From positions 1 to 51,620 of the forward strand of contig JAWOBA010000053.1 in NCBI GenBank assembly GCA_046498285.1: a stretch of 51,620 bases of DNA. The letters run 5' to 3'. The translations under genes and the position numbers were made by a program. The notes under the pieces were generated by a model. That model was not told the DNA's origin and made no database searches. It saw nothing but the letters and a program-made list of their open reading frames with translations. The stretch is from Desulfatiglandales bacterium. GTDB lineage: Bacteria > Desulfobacterota > DSM-4660 > Desulfatiglandales > B25-G16. Shown here one piece after another: positions 18,341-27,869 of this stretch (position 1 is the stretch's first letter; each line of letters begins with the position of its first letter).

Positions 18341-19567
18341 TCAGCCTATCATCCGGTTCATTTCAAAAATGGGGAGCAATATAGAAATAACAACAAATCC
18401 GACAATCAAACCCATGAATAAAATCATAGCTGGCTCGAGCATTGAGGTCAATGCTATTATGCGCGATTCTATCTCTCTTTCATGAGTATCTGCAATCTTA
18501 TCTAGCATGGCTTCCAATTGCCCGCTTTGCTCACCTACAGATATCATTTGCACAACCATGGGGGGGACCCATTGGCTTTGCGAAAGAGAACCGGCCAAAC
18601 TTTTGCCACCCCTAATCTCATTTTCAGCCTTATCAATTGCCTCGGCAATTAGAACATTATTAACTATATTTCGTGCTATAAGCAGGGAAGATAAAAGAGA
18701 TACACCGCTTTTGAGAAGGCTCCCCAGTGTCCTTCCAAATCGGGCGAGGGCGATTTGTTGGTTCATGGGGCCAAGAATAGGAATACGAAGTTTGAGTTTA
18801 TCCCACATATAATGGACAGATGGACTTTTTTTGCTATATTTTATTCCTATAATACCGCTAAACAGAACCAATACGATAACCCACCAGAAAGAGAGTAAAA
18901 AATTACTTACATTGATAAGCACCATAGTAGGCAGAGGAAGTGTGTGATGCATCTCTGTGAAAATTTTTGTAATATTAGGCACAATAAAGGTTATAAGAAA
19001 AAATAGGACACCGATCCCAATTAATGACATAAAGACCGGATAAGCAAGGGCTGCTTGAAAGCGTCCTCTCAATGTTTGTTGATGTTCGCCAAATTCTGCC
19101 AGATTAGCTAAAACCACATCAAGAGATCCTGATGCCTCCCCAGAGCGAACCATGTTGATGTAAAAGTTTGAAAATATTTTTGGATGTTGAGATAGAGAGA
19201 AGGCCAAACTGTTGCCTTGATTTACGGATTCCTTTACCTGGGCAATAATTTTTTGAAGAAGCGGGTTGGATTTCTGGGATATGAGCGAATCCAGAGACAT
19301 AACAAGTGGAACCCCCGCACTTAATAAAGTAGCAAGTTGGCGGGTTACAGCATAAACTTCTCCAGGTTTAACACGTTGGAACAAGGCAAAGAAAGAAAAA
19401 CTACCAGAGACCCCGCCCTTGGGCCGGGAAACTGTCTCTTTTACCTCAACCGGAAAGAGGCCTGAGGCCCTGAGTTTCTGGCGGACTGCCACTGCGCTGT
19501 CTGCATCAAGAATACCCTTGAGGGTTTTTCCAGAGCTGTCAAGTCCTGCATATTCATAAACCGGCAT
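18341..19567 (-). CDS. gspF: Type II secretion inner-membrane platform protein GspF
   Basis: The ORF is open to 19612, but MPVYEYAGLDSSGK (ATG at 19567) matches the usual GspF N-terminus. Two repeated GspF domains and three hydrophobic segments. Confidence 0.88.
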   Translation of the reverse strand: MPVYEYAGLDSSGKTLKGILDADSAVAVRQKLRASGLFPVEVKETVSRPKGGVSGSFSFFALFQRVKPGEVYAVTRQLATLLSAGVPLVMSLDSLISQKSNPLLQKIIAQVKESVNQGNSLAFSLSQHPKIFSNFYINMVRSGEASGSLDVVLANLAEFGEHQQTLRGRFQAALAYPVFMSLIGIGVLFFLITFIVPNITKIFTEMHHTLPLPTMVLINVSNFLLSFWWVIVLVLFSGIIGIKYSKKSPSVHYMWDKLKLRIPILGPMNQQIALARFGRTLGSLLKSGVSLLSSLLIARNIVNNVLIAEAIDKAENEIRGGKSLAGSLSQSQWVPPMVVQMISVGEQSGQLEAMLDKIADTHEREIESRIIALTSMLEPAMILFMGLIVGFVVISILLPIFEMNRMIG

Positions 19568-19978
19568 AATGTAAAACCATATATAGTTTAACTTAATGTG
19601 GAAAATCTTCAACCATAGATATTGCTGGCGGAAAAACCTGAGTCATTAGCTGAATTGGCAGTGAATAACAAATCACAACATGGTTTGGATTCTTTTTTGT
19701 AAGTATAGCATATCTATGCGAAAAAACATTATTTTTTATGTCAAACTCTGGCAACAAAGTCCAGGGTAAAATCAATACACAAGGCACGGCTATGTGTTTG
19801 ATTCCAATCTAAATCTCTTCCTTTCGGGTAAGCTGTTATTCCCTTCCCACCTTCACCACAAATGATCTCCAATCCAAATTGTGAACCTACCCGACTGATG
19901 TTATGAACTAAGGTTACCAATCTCATAGCACCGGTTGCAGGGATGGGTAACCAAAAAAATCCAGATCCGTTCACATTA

Positions 19979-20260
19979 TGAGACCTTTGAAAAACCCGGC
20001 GATTTTCACCATCCCCAAAAAGACAATGGACTTTTTTATAGTGACTGGTGGCTTCCGGCTCGTAGAGCCTCCCGCTCGGAGAGAAGGGTGCTGTCTTTTC
20101 GTAACGTATCAGTGGGGGAACCCACAGGCCCCGGTTTATCGGGGCAATGCTGATAGAGCACAACTCCCCCATGGATACGTTGCTGAAAAGACCAGCCCGG
20201 GAGCCTTGGAACTGAAAAAAACCCATCGTCTTTAGATCAATAGGGGTTATGCAAAGGTTT
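19979..20260 (+). mobile_element. Family-A element copy A2 (variant with 32-nt extra hairpin module)
   Basis: Same termini as A1. Flanked on both sides by CATTA (19974-19978 and 20261-20265). Has a 32-nt insertion cttccggctcgtagagcctcccgctcggagag after GTGACTGGTGG. Confidence 0.75.
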
Positions 20261-20268
20261 CATTATAA

Positions 20269-20400
20269 TGAGAGCTTTGCATTTGTTTACTTCGAATAGA
20301 GAGGGTAGACTTTTATGAGGTGACTGGTGGCCTCAGGCCCGGAGGGAACTGAAGAAGTGTCGGCCCTCTTTAGGAAAATATGAGTTTTGCAAAACTCTCA
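20269..20400 (+). mobile_element. Family-B palindromic element copy B1
   Basis: Termini TGAGAGCTTTGCA...TGCAAAACTCTCA (13-bp inverted repeat, one mismatch), inner stem AGAGGGtaGAC/GTCggCCCTCT, central GGCC-tca-GGCC hairpin. Shares the GACTTTT..GTGACTGGTGG core with family A. Confidence 0.7.
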
Positions 20401-21286
20401 TCAATAATTTGCGTATACGCTTCCTGTTTTCTACATATCATGCTGGCATCAGCCAATGCCTTTACATCAAATGAATGTTTGATCTCACCGATGTCTACAT
20501 GGTCTATAGTAATATCAATCTTTGTAAACGCTTTATGTTCAGAGGCAGTTCTGTAAAATCGGTTGGTATCTTTCCGGATTTCGAACCGAATTCTTCCTCC
20601 CTTTTATTATCACAATTAGTGACATTGAACAATACCTGGAGGGAAGATAACAATGGTTCGAGTGCTTAGGAAAGCAAGATATCACAGAGTTATAGTTTCC
20701 AGAATAATATAAGTAATCTTTATGGATTGGTCCTAGCTTTATCGCCTCATTTTTTGGATATTATTTCTCCATCAAGAGGGGATTGTTAATAAAATAACGA
20801 TCCCTACCGGTAAATCCATGGAGGTCTGGGGAAATGCAAGAAAAATACATGAGCGAAGCTCCGCCTAAAAACGCCACTATGAGAAAATAATCCTGTAGGT
20901 GGCAAATAGCCAATGTATGCTCTGAGCTTCGTGTGAAGAGGTATGGGTATCTCTTTTCAGCAAATGATCTCCGCACTTTGCTTCAAGGTTATACAAAAAA
21001 GACATCTCCGTGTTCTTTTAGGAGCTTGACATGAACAGTAAGATATTACTTGTGACATATCAACCTAGCAGGGAATTGTGTAATAGAGGCCAGCGGAAAA
21101 GATTGCACTATAAATGAAATGGTTTTAGCCTAGGGGTATGGCCTCGTACCTTTTAACGATTCGGAATATATGCACGTAAGAAGCCTATCAACGACTGCAG
21201 CATGCCCTTATTAATAGACAGGGAGATCAAAAAAGCTGGGCGGATGTCAGCCGCAATAGGCGAAGTAAGAAATGATTAGTAAACAT

Positions 21287-22945
21287 TTATGTCTTTTTCT
21301 TTTCAATCCTTCTTTTCTCCTCATCCCTTACCTCTCTCCTTAAGAGCTTTCCTACCTTGGATTTTGGAAGCATATCCCTGAATTCTATATATTGAGGGAC
21401 CTTATAAGCAGCCAGTCTTTCACTGCACCATTTAGTCAACTCGGATCCACCCACTCCCCGTGCGTCCTCTTTGAGCACTACGATTGCCTTGATCCTTTCT
21501 CCAACCTTAGGATCTGGTATCCCGATAACACAGGCACCAATGACAGTGGGATGCCCCTGAAGTACTGTTTCTACCTCCGATGCAGATACTCGGTAGGCCT
21601 TGTGTTTAATGATATCTGCTGACCGCTCTACATATACCAATTGTCCATCGGTATCCTGAAACACAAAATCACTCATCCGGTAAAAGATCTTCCCATTGAT
21701 CTCAACGTATGATTTCTCGGTCTCCTCGGGCTTATTCCAGTATTCTTTAACCGTATATGGGGAAGTAACCATGAGCTCCCCGTTTTCACCAAGGGGTAAG
21801 GGTTTGAGCGTATCCGGATCTGCAATAAGGCATTCCCTGCTTTTTAAAGGGACTCCAATGGTGTTTGCTTTGGGATCTTTCTCAATTCTACTATAGGTTA
21901 CATGGCCGGCCTCAGTGGAGCCATAAACTTGATAGATAGGAATATGAAATTTTTCCTTCCATCGGTTAAAGACTTCGACAGCCAGCATATCACCTCCACA
22001 GTAGCAATATTTCAAAGAATCCAAGTTATAGCGATCCAGCCTATCATTCTCCAGGATCATCCGGTAAAGTGCCGGCACACCTAAAAGCCAGCGGGCCCCA
22101 TGCCGTTGGATAGTTTCCAGTATGGCATCGACCTGCGGTACAGGCATCAGCAGCGTGGCATTACCCTTATTGAGCCCAATTGCCATGAACAGGCCGAGGG
22201 CCATAATGTGAAAAAGTGGATTCACTGCAATATAGACATCTTCCCCCTCCTTAAGATGAGCACCTGCTACGTCTTCCGTTACATCATTGACATAGGAGGT
22301 CATACCGATGTGATTGCCTGGTACACCCTTTGGGAAACCTGTGGTCCCTCCAGTATAAAGAATATAGGAGAGATCATTCCAAGGGTCCAGATCTACCTGT
22401 GATTTTAAGGGCGCATGTTTCAAAAGAGACCTGAAGGAATAAACTTCTCTGTCTCGGTCCACTTTGCCGTGGGGGATCTTGTCAAATAGGATACCCAGAT
22501 ACCTCTTCCAAAAAGGAAGAAGATCGACCAGATTGGTGACAATCGCCCGCTTGAGCTTTGTGGCCGCAAAAGCCTCCTTGACATAGCAAAAGTTTGTATC
22601 CAGGCAAATAATTGTTTCAGTACCTGAATCCTTGATCATATATTCGATTTCAAAAGAGGTATAGATGGGGGAGACTGGTACAATAACTGCACCAATCTTC
22701 TGGATACCAAGAAAGGCAATAACCCACTGGATACAGTTAGAGATATATATCATGGTTCGGTCACCCTTCTTGATACCCATGTCAACGAGGGAACCAGCAA
22801 AGCGTTCACTTAATTCCTTCAGATGTGAGTATGAAAATCGCTCTCCCAAATAGAGGACTGCGGTTCGATTTGGATAGCGTTCACACATCAGGTCGAACCT
22901 GCTAAAGATTGACTCCTTTTCCCATGCTTCATGGTTTGTATTCAT
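21287..22945 (-). CDS. AMP-dependent acyl-CoA synthetase/ligase
   Basis: 552 aa. AMP-binding motif YTGGTTGFPKGV, YGSTE, and a C-terminal PKSKVGKLLRR. Follows the ABC transporter genes on the same strand. Confidence 0.88.
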   Translation of the reverse strand: MNTNHEAWEKESIFSRFDLMCERYPNRTAVLYLGERFSYSHLKELSERFAGSLVDMGIKKGDRTMIYISNCIQWVIAFLGIQKIGAVIVPVSPIYTSFEIEYMIKDSGTETIICLDTNFCYVKEAFAATKLKRAIVTNLVDLLPFWKRYLGILFDKIPHGKVDRDREVYSFRSLLKHAPLKSQVDLDPWNDLSYILYTGGTTGFPKGVPGNHIGMTSYVNDVTEDVAGAHLKEGEDVYIAVNPLFHIMALGLFMAIGLNKGNATLLMPVPQVDAILETIQRHGARWLLGVPALYRMILENDRLDRYNLDSLKYCYCGGDMLAVEVFNRWKEKFHIPIYQVYGSTEAGHVTYSRIEKDPKANTIGVPLKSRECLIADPDTLKPLPLGENGELMVTSPYTVKEYWNKPEETEKSYVEINGKIFYRMSDFVFQDTDGQLVYVERSADIIKHKAYRVSASEVETVLQGHPTVIGACVIGIPDPKVGERIKAIVVLKEDARGVGGSELTKWCSERLAAYKVPQYIEFRDMLPKSKVGKLLRREVRDEEKRRIEKKKT

Positions 22946-23037
22946 GATTTATAGAAGACCTCGTCATGTCAATTATCTGTCGTTAGTGTTTAGTAAAGCT
23001 ATCTGAGATTCTACCGGTAATGTAACAGGCACCATTC

Positions 23038-23784
23038 TTAAACGCCAAAATAGGCTGAGCGGACATCAGGATTTCTCAAGAGTTCCTCTCGAGTTCCCTC
23101 AAGCACAGCAGCACCATTTTCAAGAATGAATGCATAATCCACGATTGGCAGCACCGGTCGAGCATACTGCTCGGTTACAATAATGGTGAGTCCTTTTTCG
23201 TCCCGGATCTCTTTTGTGGATTTGACCATAATGCTCTGAATCAATGGACTCAAACCCAGAAGGGGTTCATCCAAGAGAAGTAGTTTGGGTTGGGCCATGA
23301 GTGCACGAGCAATGGCCAACATCTGCTGCTCTCCCCCGCTTAAAAACCCGCCGACCCTTTTTTTGATTTTTTCAAGGGCCGGATATACCTTAAAAACATA
23401 CTCCAGGCTATCTTTTACCTGAGAGGGTGAAGCAAGGTACGCCCCGATGCGCAAATTCTCAATGACATTACATTCTGGAAAGATCCTCCTTCTCTCAGGG
23501 CAAAGAACAATTCCTGCCCTAGCACGTTTACTGGGTTTAAGACCAGCAATCTCCTGCCCCAAATACAGTATCTGTCCCATCACAGTTATTCGCTCACCGC
23601 CGGCCATATCTTCTTTCTTCTTGATATCCTCCATAATACCGGAAAGCGTATACATAAGGGTTGATTTTCCTGCGCTGTTGGCCCCAAACACTCCCACAAT
23701 TTGTTTCTCCCCGCACTTGATACTGACATTATTCAGGGCGAGCATATTTTCATAGAAAACCATCAGGCCTATTGCCTCAAGCAT
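23038..23784 (-). CDS. livF: Branched-chain amino acid-type ABC transporter ATP-binding protein (LivF family)
   Basis: 248 aa. Walker A GANSAGKST, signature LSGGEQQMLAIARAL, Walker B LLLDEP. Confidence 0.85.
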   Translation of the reverse strand: MLEAIGLMVFYENMLALNNVSIKCGEKQIVGVFGANSAGKSTLMYTLSGIMEDIKKKEDMAGGERITVMGQILYLGQEIAGLKPSKRARAGIVLCPERRRIFPECNVIENLRIGAYLASPSQVKDSLEYVFKVYPALEKIKKRVGGFLSGGEQQMLAIARALMAQPKLLLLDEPLLGLSPLIQSIMVKSTKEIRDEKGLTIIVTEQYARPVLPIVDYAFILENGAAVLEGTREELLRNPDVRSAYFGV

Positions 23785-24565
23785 AACTCATGACCTCCTC
23801 AACTTCCTCCGATCCGAAATACGCCTCCTTGACCTTCTCATTTGCCATTACTTCGTCAGCGGTTCCCTCAATAAGCTTTTCACCAAAGTTCAGCACCATA
23901 ACCCTATTTGCAACACGGAAAAGCTCCCGTAATCGATGCTCAATCATGATCAGCGTGATCCCGTCCATCTGTAGGCGTTCTATGAGCGGTACCATGCTTG
24001 CGATCTCACTCATGCTTAACCCGGAAAAAACCTCATCACAGAGAATCATCTCGGGTTTCAGGGCGAGACATCGGGCAAGCTCCAGGCGTTTTAGGTATCC
24101 GGTGGGCAGGCTGGAAGCTATTTTGTAAGGGACAAAGGAATCTCTCTCAAAGCCGATCTCTTCAAGGATATCAATGCCCACAGTATTTCTGTCTCCCAAT
24201 TTACCACCTCCTCTCCAGCCTCCAGTGCGTTTTGCACGCGGTGAAAACAATGGAATGACCAGGTTCTTATAGGCAGGCAGGCTATAATACGGCCGCATTA
24301 TTTGAAAGGTTCGGGTGACACCTAGGTCAGCGATTTTGTGGGCAGGTTTGCTGCTAATATCCTTCCCCCTGAAAAGCACCTCTCCTTTGGTCATCTTGAT
24401 AAATCCGGTGATACAATTAATCAGGGTTGTCTTGCCTGAACCGTTTGGGCCAATGATGCCCAGTATTTCCCCCTCGCGCACATCAAAACTAACCCCTTTC
24501 AGCGCCAAAATACCGCCAAAGGTCTTGGTGACCTCCTTAACTTCCAGTATAGTTTGATCACTCAT
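23777..24565 (-). CDS. livG: Branched-chain amino acid-type ABC transporter ATP-binding protein (LivG family)
   Basis: 262 aa. Walker A GPNGSGKTT and a LivG-type insertion and C-terminus (EAYFGSEE). Overlaps livF by 8 nt. Confidence 0.85.
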   Translation of the reverse strand: MSDQTILEVKEVTKTFGGILALKGVSFDVREGEILGIIGPNGSGKTTLINCITGFIKMTKGEVLFRGKDISSKPAHKIADLGVTRTFQIMRPYYSLPAYKNLVIPLFSPRAKRTGGWRGGGKLGDRNTVGIDILEEIGFERDSFVPYKIASSLPTGYLKRLELARCLALKPEMILCDEVFSGLSMSEIASMVPLIERLQMDGITLIMIEHRLRELFRVANRVMVLNFGEKLIEGTADEVMANEKVKEAYFGSEEVEEVMSYA

Positions 24566-24579
24566 GCTTTAATAGCCTC

Positions 24580-25593
24580 CTATACCCTGACCCATTTTTC
24601 AAACTGATGATATTTCCGCTGCCCGTAAACCATAATACCCTCACTGCGAAAGACAATAAAGCCCACGAGTATCAAAGAGTAAAAAACAATACGCAGTGTC
24701 CCAAATTCACGCAGCAATTCGGAGATAGGGACCAGTATAAGGCAGCCCAGCACCGGTCCCACAAGGGTACCGGCTCCGCCGATTACTGTTGCCGCAATGG
24801 GGAGAATGGAAAAGTCAAGGGCAAGTAGCGAGATACCGGACCACATGTAGATATGTATAAGGCAGGCTCCGCCCATGCAACCCATGGCTGAAGCTATGAA
24901 TACAGCAACGGCCTTGTAAAAAGTAATACTCATCCCCGAAGCCCTAACTGCTTGGTCATTGTCTTTAACTGCGCGCAAAACAAGGCCGATATCTAGGTTT
25001 ACCAGGCGTCTCACACCGAAGAGGGACAAAAGAACCATTATGATAACAAAATATTGTTCCACCCAGCGGTTGGCAAAGCTTTCTATACCCATAATCCCAT
25101 CAGTGCCTCCCAGGATATCTAAAGCCTCAATGACCCGGGCCAGCGCCAAAGGATACATAAGGCTCACAATTGCAAAGTATACGCCTCGTAGGGGAAGACA
25201 GGGGAATAGAAATAGGGTGCAGATGCCTGCGCCTATCAGGGTGGATATGGGGATGGTCAAAAAGGGAGGGAGACCGAAAGAGGTGTTCAAAATGGCGGCA
25301 AGATACCCGCCCACGCCAATAAAAAACGCACCGCCCAGGGAAACAAGCCCAACAAAATGGGCCAGGAGATCAAAACTCAGGGCCAGCAGGGCATAGATGC
25401 ACACGATGGAGATGACCCTCTGCCAATACATGCTGGGCATAAAGAGAGGAAGCGTCAGCATCCCCACAATCAGTACCAGTCTTGGAAGAGTCAGATAAGA
25501 TAATTCTCGCCAGGACATCAGGGCATAAAGCCCATCCGTGCGAACTTTGATTCCCCGGTCGAGCCTTTCTTTGCGGCGTTGTTCAAGATTCAC
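24580..25593 (-). CDS. livM: Branched-chain amino acid-type ABC transporter permease (LivM family)
   Basis: 337-aa polytopic membrane protein adjacent to the LivH-like permease. Confidence 0.8.
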   Translation of the reverse strand: MNLEQRRKERLDRGIKVRTDGLYALMSWRELSYLTLPRLVLIVGMLTLPLFMPSMYWQRVISIVCIYALLALSFDLLAHFVGLVSLGGAFFIGVGGYLAAILNTSFGLPPFLTIPISTLIGAGICTLFLFPCLPLRGVYFAIVSLMYPLALARVIEALDILGGTDGIMGIESFANRWVEQYFVIIMVLLSLFGVRRLVNLDIGLVLRAVKDNDQAVRASGMSITFYKAVAVFIASAMGCMGGACLIHIYMWSGISLLALDFSILPIAATVIGGAGTLVGPVLGCLILVPISELLREFGTLRIVFYSLILVGFIVFRSEGIMVYGQRKYHQFEKWVRV

Positions 25594-25596
25594 TAT

Positions 25597-26463
25597 TTAA
25601 ACCCTTTCTTCGAGTTCCTTTTGCTGGCCGAAAAGTCCGGAAGGCTTCAGGATGAGAGTCAAAATGATAGCCAACATGGCCACCACCATCTGAAAATGAG
25701 CCCCCAAATAGACCGTGGTGAGGATCTGGGCAAAGCCTATTAGAAAAGCGGCCAGCACAGCCCCCATCCAGCTTCCAAGTCCTCCCACAATACAAACGGC
25801 AATAGCCTGGATTAAGACATCATAACCTTTTTCAACGACTATGTTTCCCAAAGGGAGCAAGACAATGCCGGCAAGACCCGCAAGCATGGCACCGGCTGCC
25901 ATGGCTACCAATGCCATGATATCTGAGTCTATTCCCAGCATAAGTGCTGCACGTTCATCCTGAGCCATTCCCCGCAGGGCCAGGCCGACTCTCGTATAAT
26001 GGGTAAAAAGCCATAGCAAACAAACTACAGCCGCACCGATCCCAACAACTAACACCCTATGCAGGTCAACAGGGATATCGCAGATGGTTATGCTTCCCTC
26101 GATGAATACGGGCAGGGTGTACGTGGTTCCTTTAAAACCACCCCAGCGCAACCCTTCCAGGATGGCTAATCCGATGGCATAGGATGCGATAATCTCCGAA
26201 ATGGCCATTCCTCTGACGCGGATAAGCACAATTTGATAAATAAGGGCACCCACCATCGCAATGGCAATCATGGCCAGAGCAATGCTGAGGAGGTAGTTCA
26301 AACCCAGTGTCCGCAATAGGCTCCATGTAATGAAACCGGTTATCACGTAGAGAGCCCCGTGAGCAAAATTCGGCAAACGGCTGATGCCATAGACCAAGGC
26401 AAAGCCTAATGCCATGAGTGCCAGTGCGATACTATTGATAGTACCGTATATCAAGATGTCCAT
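25597..26463 (-). CDS. livH: Branched-chain amino acid-type ABC transporter permease (LivH family)
   Basis: 288-aa polytopic membrane protein with a typical LivH N-terminus MDILIYGTINSIALALMALGFALVYG. Confidence 0.82.
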   Translation of the reverse strand: MDILIYGTINSIALALMALGFALVYGISRLPNFAHGALYVITGFITWSLLRTLGLNYLLSIALAMIAIAMVGALIYQIVLIRVRGMAISEIIASYAIGLAILEGLRWGGFKGTTYTLPVFIEGSITICDIPVDLHRVLVVGIGAAVVCLLWLFTHYTRVGLALRGMAQDERAALMLGIDSDIMALVAMAAGAMLAGLAGIVLLPLGNIVVEKGYDVLIQAIAVCIVGGLGSWMGAVLAAFLIGFAQILTTVYLGAHFQMVVAMLAIILTLILKPSGLFGQQKELEERV

Positions 26464-26499
26464 AGCTTTATTTCAGAATTTTAACGGGTCATTTGTATA

Positions 26500-26531
26500 G
26501 TCCGGCACTTAGGCTGTGCCGGGTGCCGGAC
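26500..26531 (-). promoter_or_regulatory. Intercistronic GC-rich stem-loop between the binding-protein and permease genes
   Basis: GTCCGGCAC (26500-26508) pairs perfectly with GTGCCGGAC (26523-26531). An internal second GTGCCGG offers an alternative pairing. Lies in the 92-nt gap between 26463 and 26556. Confidence 0.45.
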
Positions 26532-26555
26532 GTTATATAAGATTGCAAAGCAATG

Positions 26556-27854
26556 CTATTGCTTCATCCAGGGCGGCAGCTGAATGGTGCCGGTAGCTAT
26601 ACTCTTAGGAAACACCACGATCCTTTTGCCGTCCTGCCATTGAAGAATGCTACCGACAGCGCCCTCTTTTGGATCCAGACTTGGAATGACCTGGTGGTTT
26701 TTGGGATCAAATCGTAGCCTTCCATAAACGCCCATGATATCTGTTTTTTCCAGTTCAGAAACGACCTCGTCGGAATCTAATGTGCCAGCACGCTCAATGG
26801 CATCTCTTAATACGTAAACCGCCATATAACTGCTGGAACTGCCCAATCCTTCAGGCTCGATGTTCCACTTTTTGGCGTAGGCATTATAAAACTTCATGGT
26901 CCATGGTGTGGCTTCTGAAGGGGCGTTTCCGGCATTCACGACATTGCAGAGGGTATATTCCCCCTTGCCATCGGTGGCCTCCCAGAAACCCGGTTGTTCG
27001 GCGGCAGCTAGGGTGGAGCCGAATGGAAGGGCCGGGAGCTTCATATCATACCACTGTTTCAGCAAAATGGCGCTTTCCGGCATATCCATCCAGATATTTA
27101 TAATTTCCGAATTGGTCTTTTTTGCTTTGAGCAATCCCATGGAAAAATCACTGGCACCGGTAGGATAAATCTCCATACCGGTCACATTCCAACCCTTTTT
27201 GATCGCCACCTTTTCCATAACCTCTGCCGCACCCCGCGCATGGGAGACATCCTGGGCGACGATGAATAAGTTATTGAATCCGTATTTTTCTTTCAGTTCG
27301 GTGAAATTGGCAAACATCTCACCCACGAGCTGCCCAGCCTCACCATGGATCCGGAAGCAATACTTATATTTATCATACTCCTTGGCCACCATGGCATGAT
27401 ACTTGGGGGTCAATACACCTGTGGTAAGAATCGAGATCTTCTTGTATTTGGATAAAAGCGGCATGGCTGCCAGGGCCGCCTCGGATCGAACCGGACCGCC
27501 CAAAATGTAATCAGCGTTTTTATCCAAAATCAGCTTTTCAACTGCAAGAAGGGCCTCACTAACTGGAACACCGGGCTCCAGGTCACGAGTATCAATAACC
27601 TCCACTTTAAATGGGCGCTTTTCCCCTCCCACGGTGACGCCTCCTTTGGCGTTTATTTCCTCAACAGCCAGTTTGATACCCCTTTCAGCATCCCATCCGT
27701 AAAGAAAGGCTGTAGACAGGGGGCAGCCCAAAACAATTGGTTTTTCAGCACATACCTGTCCCGGCAGGATAAACAAGAGGCCCGCCATTAATACTACGAA
27801 GATTGTAAATAATTTTGTTTTCATTTCTGTCCCCCTTTGCTTTGTGGTTAACAA
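26556..27854 (-). CDS. ABC transporter substrate-binding protein, Leu/Ile/Val-binding (Peripla_BP_6) family
   Basis: 432 aa. Signal peptide (LFTIFVVLMAGLLFILPGQVCA) and a type I periplasmic binding fold typical of LivJ/K-like proteins. First large gene of the transporter operon. Substrate unknown. Confidence 0.82.
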   Translation of the reverse strand: MLTTKQRGTEMKTKLFTIFVVLMAGLLFILPGQVCAEKPIVLGCPLSTAFLYGWDAERGIKLAVEEINAKGGVTVGGEKRPFKVEVIDTRDLEPGVPVSEALLAVEKLILDKNADYILGGPVRSEAALAAMPLLSKYKKISILTTGVLTPKYHAMVAKEYDKYKYCFRIHGEAGQLVGEMFANFTELKEKYGFNNLFIVAQDVSHARGAAEVMEKVAIKKGWNVTGMEIYPTGASDFSMGLLKAKKTNSEIINIWMDMPESAILLKQWYDMKLPALPFGSTLAAAEQPGFWEATDGKGEYTLCNVVNAGNAPSEATPWTMKFYNAYAKKWNIEPEGLGSSSSYMAVYVLRDAIERAGTLDSDEVVSELEKTDIMGVYGRLRFDPKNHQVIPSLDPKEGAVGSILQWQDGKRIVVFPKSIATGTIQLPPWMKQ

Positions 27855-27869
27855 TTTTTAGATATGGTA

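Noticed and set aside
19739-19744. A sigma-70 promoter for the T2SS operon: TTGACA on the minus strand about 125-170 nt upstream of gspF.
   Set aside because: There is no acceptable -10 hexamer at 16-18 nt spacing; the best TATACT is too far away. I did not call it.
20444-20460. TGGCAT-cagcc-AATGC on the plus strand as a second sigma-54 promoter.
   Set aside because: The -12 element is not TTGC at the required spacing, and no gene follows it.
21229-21254. A terminator after the acyl-CoA ligase gene: GCTG...CAGC followed by T6 on the minus strand.
   Set aside because: The stem is only 4 bp with a 9-nt loop, or alternatively a GCGG/CCGC stem separated from the T-run. That is too weak to report as a feature.
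24959-25396. Long antisense ORFs inside well-supported genes (for example 24959-25396, 32058-32522, 46219-46647, 49377-49772, 23790-24128, 28648-29016, 6805-7119).
   Set aside because: They are shadow frames opposite strongly motif-supported CDSs, with low-complexity or biased composition and no recognisable motifs.
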